UHGV virus genome: UHGV-0183032 | Length of the DNA: 16,673 bases | Direction: 5' to 3' (one strand) | Source: a virus | Shown here: positions 1 through 7,917 of the stretch, one piece after another | Position numbering within the stretch: position 1 is the first letter of the stretch | How the letters are laid out: the number at the start of each line of letters is the position of its first letter | Translations under genes and position numbers: made by a program | Notes under the pieces: model-generated | Databases searched by the model: none | What the model saw: the letters and a program-made list of their open reading frames with translations, nothing else | What the model was told of the DNA's origin: nothing

Positions 1-979
1 TGGCGGCTAAGCCTTCGTTAATTTCTTTTACCAGTTCGGCGCGTTCTTCTTTTGTCAAAGGCATGGGATCGTCCTCCGATTTATTGGCCTTAATTTTTTC
101 ATTCAGGGAGAAAAGATTAGAAAGGTGTTCAGCGAACTGAGCAAACCATGATTTACTTTCCTCGTTGGTTGCAAGCTCGCCATTATTGAGAATAATTTTA
201 TCAGCCTGTTTTTCGTAGTTGTATCTTTCCGCACAGTTTTCATTAGTGGCGATCGTCACCTCTCTATCAGTGAAGTCCACCACGTATACGTAATCAGCGT
301 CAGGGAACATTTCCCGCGCGGCAGCGGTTAACTGTTTTTCAAGTGTGCGATAGCTATTTTCTTTCATTGCCACCGCCATTAACGGCTTCGCCTGGTCGGT
401 ATTAACCATTAAGCCTACGCCCTGTTCCGGCGAAGCGGCTGGCGGCTCATGCAGCAAGATAGCGTCATGGTCGATCGACATGATTTTCACTACATGGTCA
501 GCACCCTGGGCTTTCATTTTTTCGGTGGCTGGCATACGCTGGCGATATACAGCGACGGACGACCAGATAGGATCTTTGCTTTCTCCTTTCTCCAGTGCTT
601 CCAGTCGGGCTAATAATTCGCGGCCCTGGCTTGAATGGCTGGCGGTTTCCACATCCACCCATTTTTCCACATAAACACGGTTGCCGCGTAACTCAACGTT
701 TCTGTTCCACGCACCACAAAAACCCGTGTTTAATCCTTCCGGGCTAAATGCTGAAACAAATTTACCGTCAACGGTAGGATGGCCCAGCGGGGCAAGCGTA
801 CCCTCCAGTGACTGGTAATTAGCGATAATTTCAGCTTCCGGGTAATATTCCCGGTTCATTACGATGTTAAAGGGTAACGTGTAGGACGGAACAACAATAT
901 GTTCCCGCCCGTTATACGTTTCCCGGCGTATGGTATTAGCGGTTAATTTGGTATTAACCTGAATTAATTCTTTACTCAC
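1..979 (-). CDS. Head assembly gene downstream of the Mu F-like gene (scaffold or prohead-protease position), partial; 3' end runs off the window
   Basis: Minus-strand frame open from GTG at 979-977 (GGGAG 8 nt upstream) to the window edge; codons checked by hand for 671-979 with no stop. Absent from the ORF track because there is no stop inside the window. Function inferred from position only. Confidence 0.55.
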   Translation of the reverse strand, partial: MSKELIQVNTKLTANTIRRETYNGREHIVVPSYTLPFNIVMNREYYPEAEIIANYQSLEGTLAPLGHPTVDGKFVSAFSPEGLNTGFCGAWNRNVELRGNRVYVEKWVDVETASHSSQGRELLARLEALEKGESKDPIWSSVAVYRQRMPATEKMKAQGADHVVKIMSIDHDAILLHEPPAASPEQGVGLMVNTDQAKPLMAVAMKENSYRTLEKQLTAAAREMFPDADYVYVVDFTDREVTIATNENCAERYNYEKQADKIILNNGELATNEESKSWFAQFAEHLSNLFSLNEKIKANKSEDDPMPLTKEERAELVKEINEGLAA

Positions 980-984
980 GGTTT

Positions 985-1929
985 TTACTCCCAATCTTCG
1001 CCATATTTAGCGTGCGCAACTTTATAGTTTTCTTGCGCCCGATCTAATATTCGTTCGTTTAATATGTTACCGTCTTCGTCAACTAATACGGTAATCGTGC
1101 TACATTTGCAGTTAATTGAATTAGGGGATCTACTCCACCATTCGCGCTGCTCATCTATGGTGTATGTTTTACCGTGCCGCTGCGCGTGCGATAGCCTGGT
1201 AGTCGGTGATAATGCCGAAATGTGCATTTGCATAGTGCGCAGATTAAATTCTTCTGTCGCCGCTTCTGCCTCATCCATACGCGCTGTGCGTAACGCTGTG
1301 CATATTTCAGTTCGGGCAATACGTTTGCACCTGTATAGCGGTAACCGCGTCTCCTGATTCAATGTGCGCGCTATTTCCAGTGGATTTAAACCGCGTGCCA
1401 TACCTTCGGTTAATCTTCTTGCCATATCCTTTTTGATCTGTGCGGTCAGCCCGCGCATTTCCTCAAATACACGGGTACGTACCAGGGCAAGGCGGGTGCG
1501 GTAAGTTGTGCTTGATAACACGGCAGATACATCAGGGTAGGCGCTTGAGTACGTGACAGACTGGTTAGCGAGGTTGGCATATTCCTGTGCCGTGCCGCGC
1601 TGATAGGCCACCTTCACGTAATTCTGCCAGAACCAGAAGTTTTCCGGGTCTGTTAACTCGAATATCTCATCAATCATGTCGCTTGCGTCCTCCAGCATGT
1701 CGTGAAATTCATCCATGTAAATCTGAAAGGTGTATTTCTTATTAACAGCCAGGCTATATTGGATTCTGTCCAATATGGCGATATATGGATCGGCTACTTT
1801 TTTCAGGCAGGATTTGAAACGCTTAATAGCACCAGACCTTAACTTCCCTGTCATGGTCGGGTCTTCGGTGTTAGATGGCATTATCGCGGCTGGAGGTATT
1901 CGCCTGATTATCTTCTTCACATTCATCAT
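985..1929 (-). CDS. Head morphogenesis protein, Mu gpF / SPP1 gp7 family (minor head protein)
   Basis: 314 aa directly after the portal gene, as in Mu/SPP1-type head modules. ATG-ATG start at 1929/1926 with GAGGAA upstream. Overlaps the portal 3' end by 59 nt. Confidence 0.8.
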   Translation of the reverse strand: MMNVKKIIRRIPPAAIMPSNTEDPTMTGKLRSGAIKRFKSCLKKVADPYIAILDRIQYSLAVNKKYTFQIYMDEFHDMLEDASDMIDEIFELTDPENFWFWQNYVKVAYQRGTAQEYANLANQSVTYSSAYPDVSAVLSSTTYRTRLALVRTRVFEEMRGLTAQIKKDMARRLTEGMARGLNPLEIARTLNQETRLPLYRCKRIARTEICTALRTARMDEAEAATEEFNLRTMQMHISALSPTTRLSHAQRHGKTYTIDEQREWWSRSPNSINCKCSTITVLVDEDGNILNERILDRAQENYKVAHAKYGEDWE

Positions 1930-3241
1930 CGTTTTCCTCTTCCAGTTCTACCTCACTAGCCGGGCCATCGTATCCGGCAGCTTCGCGGATCTCGTCACCG
2001 CTGAATATTTCCTCACCAGTAGCGAGACATGCCTGATTGATTTGTGCCATTTTGTATGCCGCGTCGAGTAGCTCTGCTTTTGTCATGGCGTTAAGGTCGT
2101 CCCACAGTACAGATACGTCTACTGGCATACTGATAAGGCGGAGATCTGCCATCTTGCGGAATAGCTCCTCAAGCTCACCTCCTATTTCCTCACGGCGGGT
2201 CATGCAGCGGTTATTGAAGTAGCGGAGGTCTTCGGTTGATGCGCGTTCGCCCTGCTGATTCCCAACCAGGATACGCGTTGGAATATCGATACCAGCGGCT
2301 GCGGTTTGCAGGTTGACGTCATAGGTAGCGGAAGGATCTGCTACGGCAGTAACCAGCGGGCTAACGGTAGCTCCCTGTAATGCCATCATCACATCATTAC
2401 CTTTATTTATATCCTCTGCCGCTTCATTGAATTTTTCGCGTAGCTCTGTAACGTCGCAACCGTATGTTGCAGCCAGAGAACGGAAATCAATTTCTTTATC
2501 GAACGAGATAGCCAGTTGACGTGCTGCGTTTTTCAGGAATGATTCACCGCTGCCGCCTTCCACTTTCTCCAGTGAAACGAATGCGTTATAGGACGGTTCA
2601 AGGAAAGCGATGGCATCATCAGAATAATCACCGAAGATAAATATGCGATCTGGATGTATCTTTCTTGCTATGGTCTTACTGTTAATGCGCTCCTTGTATT
2701 CCCACCATGTAGGCAGGCCATAGTTTTCTTTATCCGGGTTTTCTTCGAAGTCCTTCGGTGTAAGAGCACCAGCCCATACGGGGGTAAATTTGGCAATGCC
2801 TACGCCTTTTGTTACTGGCTGATCCCACGGCTTGTTATCCCTGACGTGAATTAACAGTCCAGCATAACGACCGATGAGGCGGCGGCGATCGCATTCAGCA
2901 ATTACGCGCCAGAATCTATTGTCGAATCGTTTTTTGATTTCTCTTTCCCACGAAGTTTCCTTTTCCGCTTTCTCGTCTTCCGTACCTTCAATCAGCGTTG
3001 GCCTGGTGCGCCAGCACGTAGTAATGATCTTCTCAATAGCACCGTGAGCGATACCACCGCGACGATACAGTTTGTATAAATCGGCATAGGTGATTTCTTC
3101 TTTGAATCCGTATTCACTCCACGCAGCATCACGTTTTGCATCAATACCCATTGAGAATGGGTTAGCGGCTGCATAGCGGGCAAAGGCCGCCTGGCGTTGT
3201 GACAAGGCAGCATTAACCGCCAATTCTAAATTGGATGGCAT
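1871..3241 (-). CDS. Portal protein
   Basis: About 456 aa with an acidic C-terminal tail, positioned between terminase large subunit and the Mu F-like gene. Start chosen at ATG 3241 (AGGAG 8 nt upstream) rather than the track's upstream ATG at 3262. Confidence 0.85.
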   Translation of the reverse strand: MPSNLELAVNAALSQRQAAFARYAAANPFSMGIDAKRDAAWSEYGFKEEITYADLYKLYRRGGIAHGAIEKIITTCWRTRPTLIEGTEDEKAEKETSWEREIKKRFDNRFWRVIAECDRRRLIGRYAGLLIHVRDNKPWDQPVTKGVGIAKFTPVWAGALTPKDFEENPDKENYGLPTWWEYKERINSKTIARKIHPDRIFIFGDYSDDAIAFLEPSYNAFVSLEKVEGGSGESFLKNAARQLAISFDKEIDFRSLAATYGCDVTELREKFNEAAEDINKGNDVMMALQGATVSPLVTAVADPSATYDVNLQTAAAGIDIPTRILVGNQQGERASTEDLRYFNNRCMTRREEIGGELEELFRKMADLRLISMPVDVSVLWDDLNAMTKAELLDAAYKMAQINQACLATGEEIFSGDEIREAAGYDGPASEVELEEENDDECEEDNQANTSSRDNAI

Positions 3242-3389
3242 AATGTTTACTCCTGAATACATGTTTACGCGTTGCTACGCGAAAAATATAAAAACTTGCG
3301 GGGGATTGTGAGGCAGATTTTATGTAGCCAATTGAGAATTATTCTTGTTCATCTTCGGAAATTTTTCGAAGTTGATAATAATCAATAAC

Positions 3390-4904
3390 TTAAAATCCGC
3401 GCAGACGCTTAGGTAACATAAGGCCCATCGCCTGTGGTTGGCTTAATTCGGTGATACCCCATACCATAGCGTCCATACGGTCAGGGGATTTTTTAGCGGT
3501 GGCTGGCACGTATTCCATCATTTGATTTTCCAGCGTGTACAACTCACCAGTGTGGGCCACCCTTCCCTGTGCATATAGCGCAGATATTGGTTCGGCACGG
3601 GCGAATTTACCTTTGCTTGCGTGTACCTTAACAATGCGGCCTTTGAATCCGGCATTGCGTAGTGTGGCCTCTGCCATATCACCACCCTGGTTGGTTTCGA
3701 TAACCATCGCGTCAGCTTCATGGATGTTGTAGGCGTTCATTGCTGCTTGCGCCCAGTCGTTAGGTGACATGCGGCCTGAGTAGTCACCGTCTACAGAATA
3801 CTGAGCGTACTTGCCGCCACCATAAGCGGAACATGCCACGATCCCGGTTTCGTCCGACTCATCAGATGATGTTGTTGCCGGGTCGATGGCTATCACCGTG
3901 CGAATTTTCTCCTGCGTTATCTGCATCCTGTGCGCGGCGGTTATCATCGCTTCAGTCCACAATGCGCCCTCTTGATCGAACTTGCGCGGACACTGCATAT
4001 ATTGAGCTTCGAATGTTCGGCGATGTGATTTAAGAGTTGATTCATCTTTATCACTATGCTTATGCAACCATAGCCAGCCATCCGGCAGGTTGTGAGGAAC
4101 AGGAATAGCGAATTTGTTTTCCGGGTACAGATCCCAATAGTCAAGACTGTTGTCGATCTTCACTGGCAGGCAAAGGTGATGCCATTTCTCACCACTACCG
4201 CCACGTAACAGGTAGCCGGATAAATCATCGTAGTGGATACGCTGCATGATGACGATCACTGGCGTTGTTTGCACAGCCAGGCGCGAAGAAAGCGTGTCGT
4301 TGTAATTGGTATTAACCTGCTTTCGCACCACATCAGAATAAGCGTCAGCTGGTTTCAGGGGGTCATCAATAATCATTGCGCCGTTAAACCCAGGTTCCAT
4401 GTACCCGGCGCGGAACCCTGTCACCTGTCCAAGCGATGACGTCGCATACACGCCGCCACCCTGAGTGGTCCACCACAGGTTTTTCGCGTTCGAATCGTTG
4501 CGCATTTGCATAGGCCACAATTCCTGATATTGCGGCATCGTGATTATGTTTCTTGTCTCTGAGGAATTAAGCAAGGCGAGTCCGTGTGAATACGATACAT
4601 GCAGGAATCTGGTGCGGGGTTCTATTGCGAGGCAGCGGGCCATCATGTGAATTGTGGCAATCATTGTTTTGCCATAGCCCGGTGGGATGTTGATTATCAA
4701 CCTGGTGATTTCACCATTAATAACTCGTTGTAGCGTATCGGCAATTATTCTGTGATGACGCCCAACCAAAAAGTCCTTGCCAACCTGTTGCTTATAAAAG
4801 TAGGAACTAAAAAACAAAGGTGCTGATATGTCTTTGGGAGCACAACCTTTAACACACAACCCCCTTAGAACCTCTCTGTCAATCTTTGTCGTCGCAGTCT
4901 CCAT
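3390..4904 (-). CDS. terL: Terminase large subunit (ATPase plus nuclease)
   Basis: 504 aa. N-terminal P-loop-like PPGYGKT with downstream MIIDDPLKP (Walker B-like); C-terminal Asp-rich RNase H-like nuclease region (IAIDPATT...VIETNQGGD). Sits after the small subunit and before the portal. Confidence 0.9.
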   Translation of the reverse strand: METATTKIDREVLRGLCVKGCAPKDISAPLFFSSYFYKQQVGKDFLVGRHHRIIADTLQRVINGEITRLIINIPPGYGKTMIATIHMMARCLAIEPRTRFLHVSYSHGLALLNSSETRNIITMPQYQELWPMQMRNDSNAKNLWWTTQGGGVYATSSLGQVTGFRAGYMEPGFNGAMIIDDPLKPADAYSDVVRKQVNTNYNDTLSSRLAVQTTPVIVIMQRIHYDDLSGYLLRGGSGEKWHHLCLPVKIDNSLDYWDLYPENKFAIPVPHNLPDGWLWLHKHSDKDESTLKSHRRTFEAQYMQCPRKFDQEGALWTEAMITAAHRMQITQEKIRTVIAIDPATTSSDESDETGIVACSAYGGGKYAQYSVDGDYSGRMSPNDWAQAAMNAYNIHEADAMVIETNQGGDMAEATLRNAGFKGRIVKVHASKGKFARAEPISALYAQGRVAHTGELYTLENQMMEYVPATAKKSPDRMDAMVWGITELSQPQAMGLMLPKRLRGF

Positions 4905-5394
4905 GAGTATTGTACTCCTTATTCAGGTTATCGATTATCTCAAGGACAGTAGTCTGATTTACTTCTACCTGGACGGGTGCTTCTTCCTTGTTACCGACGA
5001 TCTCCTGTGTGACGCGTTCGCCGTATTTGCGCGGTTGTAGCTTAGCCAATAACCATTTACGCGTTTCAATCATTAATTGGTGGCGGCGTAGTTGGTCTTT
5101 ATCAACGTTCTTAGCATCATCAGCTATATCGAGGATCTCATCAGCTAATACCTCGAAGCCGATTTCCTTCGCGCGCATGTACATGTCCGAGAATTCCGGC
5201 ACGTCTCTAAACCATTTCAGGATTGTTGAACGGGTAGGCATACCAGGCATCTTCGAAATTTTGTTAACGCTCTGACCGTCCGCCACCAGTTCACAGATTT
5301 CTAACGCCTTTTCTTCGGTATAACCATGCGGACGGCCCACCCTTTTTGCGGCTGGCTTTTTGTCGTCAGCTTTTGCCTTTTTAGTGCGGGCCAT
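4879..5394 (-). CDS. terS: Terminase small subunit (DNA-binding, packaging recognition)
   Basis: 171 aa with a basic N-terminus (KKAKADDKKPAAKRVGRP) followed by an HTH-like segment. Its 3' end overlaps the terL start by 26 nt. GAGAGGTG RBS before ATG 5394. Confidence 0.75.
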   Translation of the reverse strand: MARTKKAKADDKKPAAKRVGRPHGYTEEKALEICELVADGQSVNKISKMPGMPTRSTILKWFRDVPEFSDMYMRAKEIGFEVLADEILDIADDAKNVDKDQLRRHQLMIETRKWLLAKLQPRKYGERVTQEIVGNKEEAPVQVEVNQTTVLEIIDNLNKEYNTHGDCDDKD

Positions 5395-5404
5395 AATTCA
5401 CCTC

Positions 5405-5488
5405 TCAATATTTATTGATGATATATACGCAAGCAACAAAACTTGCACAGTATGTTAATACTTCCAACCAATCGAATAATTCTTTCAT
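5405..5488 (-). CDS. Micro-ORF 9 of array: 27-aa single-helix hydrophobic peptide (MKELFDWLEVLTYCASFVACVYIINKY)
   Basis: ATG 5488-5486 with AAAGGT 6 nt upstream, TGA at 5407-5405, 10 nt before terS. Found by hand; below the 60-aa track threshold. Confidence 0.5.
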   Translation of the reverse strand: MKELFDWLEVLTYCASFVACVYIINKY

Positions 5489-5497
5489 TGTTTACCT

Positions 5498-5566
5498 TTA
5501 CGCGAAGAAAACAATAACAGTTAACAGCGTGCATATAGCCATGATTAAGAAATCACCATCAGACAT
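5498..5566 (-). CDS. Micro-ORF 8 of array: 22-aa hydrophobic peptide (MSDGDFLIMAICTLLTVIVFFA)
   Basis: ATG 5566-5564 overlaps the stop of micro-ORF 7 (ATGTCTGA); GGGGTG 9 nt upstream. Alternative internal ATG at 5542. Confidence 0.45.
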   Translation of the reverse strand: MSDGDFLIMAICTLLTVIVFFA

Positions 5567-5633
5567 TGATAATCACCCCAATAATAACTAATGCAACGGT
5601 ACACACGATCAACATAATATCAATAGCGTTCAT
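5559..5633 (-). CDS. Micro-ORF 7 of array: 24-aa hydrophobic peptide (MNAIDIMLIVCTVALVIIGVIINV)
   Basis: ATG 5633-5631 with GGTGA 5 nt upstream; TGA at 5561-5559. Confidence 0.5.
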   Translation of the reverse strand: MNAIDIMLIVCTVALVIIGVIINV

Positions 5634-5641
5634 GCTTTCAC

Positions 5642-5710
5642 CTATTGAGCAAGCGCGGTCATAGTGAGAACAATCGCAACGATCAGGAAAAAGAAATCAA
5701 GCCATTTCAT
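5642..5710 (-). CDS. Micro-ORF 6 of array: 22-aa hydrophobic peptide (MKWLDFFFLIVAIVLTMTALAQ)
   Basis: ATG 5710-5708 overlaps the stop of micro-ORF 5 (ATGA); GGGAG 8 nt upstream. Confidence 0.5.
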   Translation of the reverse strand: MKWLDFFFLIVAIVLTMTALAQ

Positions 5711-5787
5711 TTTTTAAACTCCCGATAAACATCTACGGCAATAACTGTAATAACAGCCACCAGCAATAGCATTTCGTATGCGTTCAT
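5707..5787 (-). CDS. Micro-ORF 5 of array: 26-aa hydrophobic peptide (MNAYEMLLLVAVITVIAVDVYREFKK)
   Basis: ATG 5787-5785 with GAAGG 9 nt upstream; TGA at 5709-5707. Confidence 0.5.
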   Translation of the reverse strand: MNAYEMLLLVAVITVIAVDVYREFKK

Positions 5788-5798
5788 TGTGGATACCT

Positions 5799-5873
5799 TC
5801 AGCTTTCAATGAATATCATGATCGCCAGCCATACAGCGACGCAGGCAGAAAGGATAATTAGCGGGTCAATCAT
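5799..5873 (-). CDS. Micro-ORF 4 of array: 24-aa hydrophobic peptide (MIDPLIILSACVAVWLAIMIFIES)
   Basis: ATG 5873-5871 with GGGGTGA 5 nt upstream; TGA at 5801-5799. Confidence 0.5.
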   Translation of the reverse strand: MIDPLIILSACVAVWLAIMIFIES

Positions 5874-5878
5874 ATTTT

Positions 5879-5989
5879 TCACCCCACCAAATACTTGATA
5901 TATACGTTTATCAGCGCAACTATAATAGAACCAGCAAGAAACACAGAAACGCCGATTAATCCGGCAATGATGTAAGCGTCCATAATCAT
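5879..5989 (-). CDS. Micro-ORF 3 of array: 34-36-aa hydrophobic peptide ((MI)MDAYIIAGLIGVSVFLAGSIIVALINVYIKYLVG)
   Basis: ATG at 5989 overlaps the stop of micro-ORF 2 (TAATG); the in-frame ATG at 5983 has GGAAG 8 nt upstream and gives an MDAY N-terminus like micro-ORF 2. Confidence 0.5.
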   Translation of the reverse strand: MIMDAYIIAGLIGVSVFLAGSIIVALINVYIKYLVG

Positions 5990-6051
5990 TACTTCCACAA
6001 CAAAAACAATATTACAGCCGCCGCCATTCCGATAAATAAATAAGCGTCCAT
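5989..6051 (-). CDS. Micro-ORF 2 of array: 20-aa hydrophobic peptide (MDAYLFIGMAAAVILFLLWK)
   Basis: ATG 6051-6049 lies 2 nt after the stop of micro-ORF 1; TAA at 5991-5989. Shares the MDAY..G motif with micro-ORF 3. Confidence 0.45.
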   Translation of the reverse strand: MDAYLFIGMAAAVILFLLWK

Positions 6052-6053
6052 AA

Positions 6054-6143
6054 TCAGTCTCGCATAGACATAACTACCAGAAACAGGCAAAGGATGAATC
6101 CAGCCGCCATCCCGCCGACGAAAGTTAGTATTGACGCAATCAT
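6054..6143 (-). CDS. Micro-ORF 1 of array: 29-aa hydrophobic peptide (MIASILTFVGGMAAGFILCLFLVVMSMRD)
   Basis: ATG 6143-6141 sits 2 nt after the TGA of the HExxH gene (TGAttATG) with GAGG 8 nt upstream; codons checked by hand. Confidence 0.5.
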   Translation of the reverse strand: MIASILTFVGGMAAGFILCLFLVVMSMRD

Positions 6144-6145
6144 AA

Positions 6146-6688
6146 TCAGCCTCGTTTAAAACTCATAACACGCGGTACAAGCGCTTCTTTTGCTTTCGGC
6201 TTACGTTTACCTTTCTTCGCTGGCTTTTCTTCTTCCTTCGGCTGTTCTGCCTGTTCCAGCGCCTGATCGACGACTTCTGCCGCCTGCATTGCTGCAACCT
6301 GTGCTTCGTTTGATTCTGCTAGGATAGGGAAAAACGCATCGAAGATACGGCCTACCATGTAAGCGTAAGTCTCATTCGCCGGATGGGTAGGATCCGTGGT
6401 AGCCACGACGCCTACATCACTTAAAACGTGGAATGTAGTGTGGGCGCATTCATGGACCAGCGTTCCCAACTCATTGTTGAATACTGCGATCACGTAGAAG
6501 TTACCACCATTCTCGCCAGTGCAAGTAAGCGTTAATCCTCCAGCCAACTCGAAATCAGGTTCAATCGGAATTCCTGCCTTTTCGCAAAATTCATAGAACA
6601 TCTCGCGGGTCGGGCAAAAGAAAACGGTTGTATGCTCAAAGAGTGGGATCTTAAATTGAGGCAATTTAATGCCTTTAGCCTTAGCCAT
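6146..6688 (-). CDS. Hypothetical protein with HExxH zinc-metallopeptidase-like motif and Lys-rich basic C-terminal tail
   Basis: 180 aa; motif VHECAHTTFH; C-terminal KKGKRKPKAK tail; AGGAG 9 nt before ATG 6688. Function inferred from the motif only. Confidence 0.7.
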   Translation of the reverse strand: MAKAKGIKLPQFKIPLFEHTTVFFCPTREMFYEFCEKAGIPIEPDFELAGGLTLTCTGENGGNFYVIAVFNNELGTLVHECAHTTFHVLSDVGVVATTDPTHPANETYAYMVGRIFDAFFPILAESNEAQVAAMQAAEVVDQALEQAEQPKEEEKPAKKGKRKPKAKEALVPRVMSFKRG

Positions 6689-6967
6689 CAGAATAATCTC
6701 CTATTCTGAAAAATATAACCCCCGCAAAACTCGACACCGCAGGGAGTGAAAACAGTTATAAAACACTGAAAACGGCGCTTCATCAGTACCGTTTCCAGAA
6801 TTTTATAAAATTGGTGAATGGCGCTTTCTTCTACCCAGGTAGCGCCTGACCTGTTAATGGGACTGTTGATCCGGTATTACGTGTTTTTGACTATTCCGCC
6901 GTCGCTCGCGGGAAGGATTGGCCCGGTTATGGCTGGCTGGCGGAAACGGCGACACGTCCGCGCGCTG

Positions 6968-7438
6968 TTATTCTTTGCGTATGCACTGCGTTTTGATGTA
7001 GTCCTGTAATCCGGTGATCTTCGCGTCTTTCTCTTTTAGTTGTTCTCTGAGGGATAGATAATTTGATTGAGCACTGGCAGTAAGTCTACAGGTGGCTCCA
7101 TTAATGCTGCTGGCGGTTCCGGTGGCGTCGTGCACGTACACTGGCTCGGCGTTGACGTGCAACCTGATAGCACCGCTATCAATGCCAGCGCGAAGATCGG
7201 CAATGTCAGATCTGATAGCTTTAATCTCATCGTGATACCTCTTATCAAGTTTTGACAGTTCGGCGTTTCGCTCCTTCATCTGCTGGATAGTGTTACTTGC
7301 TGTTTTTAGTGCGCCTTTCGTCACCGTGACTTCTTCCTGTAACCTTGCCGCCTCACCCTGGTAATAACACGTTACGGCGGTAAGCCCGGCAATAATGCAA
7401 ACAACAACGGCGATGATTAACGTCTTCACCTTGTCCAT
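6968..7438 (-). CDS. Rz: Rz-like i-spanin (inner-membrane spanin subunit)
   Basis: 156 aa with an N-terminal TM helix ([16 protein letters not shown]) and coiled-coil periplasmic domain. Follows the endolysin and contains an embedded +1-frame lipoprotein ORF. Confidence 0.85.
   Translation of the reverse strand: MDKVKTLIIAVVVCIIAGLTAVTCYYQGEAARLQEEVTVTKGALKTASNTIQQMKERNAELSKLDKRYHDEIKAIRSDIADLRAGIDSGAIRLHVNAEPVYVHDATGTASSINGATCRLTASAQSNYLSLREQLKEKDAKITGLQDYIKTQCIRKE
7036..7230 (-). CDS. Rz1: Rz1-like o-spanin (outer-membrane lipoprotein), embedded in Rz
   Basis: 64 aa from ATG 7230 ([24 protein letters not shown]...); lipobox LSGC; Pro-rich mature part. Wholly inside Rz in another frame. 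The track start at 7248 is TTG. Confidence 0.8.
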   Translation of the reverse strand: MRLKLSDLTLPIFALALIAVLSGCTSTPSQCTCTTPPEPPAALMEPPVDLLPVLNQIIYPSENN

Positions 7439-7917
7439 GTTTCACCCCATTCGCAAACGGCATATTCAACATCACGGCGGTTAATTAACCCTTGCCACTG
7501 CTTACCACCAGCATATATCCAGCGTTTAAGCTGTGCGCACGCCTCCGATTTCTTGCCGTCATTGAGTAGCTTCAATAATGTTGATGTTTTGAAGTTGGTA
7601 GCGCCTACGTTATAGGCGAATGAATAAAGCGCCGCGCGGGTAAAATCTGATATTTCGACTTTAATATATGGGTCAATCGCTTTTGCGGTTTTGTGGAGAT
7701 CTTTGTTTAACAAAGCATCGCATTCTGATTGCGTGTAAGTTTTACCCAGCATAATGTCTTTTCCGGTGTGACCATAACATACAGTCCATACACCGATAGC
7801 ATCACGATACGGATCGTACTCCACGCCTTCTAATGGTTTAACCATCACAGCCGCAATAGCGATCGCCCCGCCAGCCGCCGCAGCAATAATCTTGTTTTTC
7901 AGCGATTGGCTAATCAT
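7426..7917 (-). CDS. SAR endolysin (T4/P21-type lysozyme, GH24) with N-terminal signal-anchor-release domain
   Basis: 163 aa. Gly/Ala-rich weakly hydrophobic N-terminus ([18 protein letters not shown]), then [23 protein letters not shown], which is closely similar to the phage 21 R21 lysozyme as recalled. Confidence 0.9.
   Translation of the reverse strand: MISQSLKNKIIAAAAGGAIAIAAVMVKPLEGVEYDPYRDAIGVWTVCYGHTGKDIMLGKTYTQSECDALLNKDLHKTAKAIDPYIKVEISDFTRAALYSFAYNVGATNFKTSTLLKLLNDGKKSEACAQLKRWIYAGGKQWQGLINRRDVEYAVCEWGETWTR

Noticed and set aside
480-674. Plus-strand ORF of 64 aa
   Set aside because: Lies antisense inside the long open minus-strand head gene, with Ser/Ala/Trp-rich low-complexity content and no RBS; treated as a shadow ORF.
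1064-2222. Plus-strand ORFs 1064-1357, 1730-2071 and 2037-2222
   Set aside because: All are antisense to the well-supported Mu F-like and portal genes and have no RBS.
3263-3389. 10-aa minus-strand ORF (MNKNNSQLAT) in the terL-portal gap
   Set aside because: Too short and hydrophilic, with no RBS; unlike the micro-ORF array it has no supporting context.
2654-4439. Plus-strand ORFs (2654-2854, 3535-3732, 3764-4033, 4233-4439) and nested minus-strand ORFs (2992-3213, 3518-3721, 3944-4144)
   Set aside because: Embedded in alternative frames of the portal and terminase large subunit genes; composition is typical of off-frame translation.
4828-5275. Plus-strand ORFs overlapping the terminase genes
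   Set aside because: Antisense to terS/terL with no supporting signals.
6818-7255. Plus-strand ORFs 6818-7009 and 7067-7255
   Set aside because: One spans the noncoding gap into Rz antisense and the other is antisense to Rz/Rz1; the only embedded gene supported is Rz1 on the minus strand.
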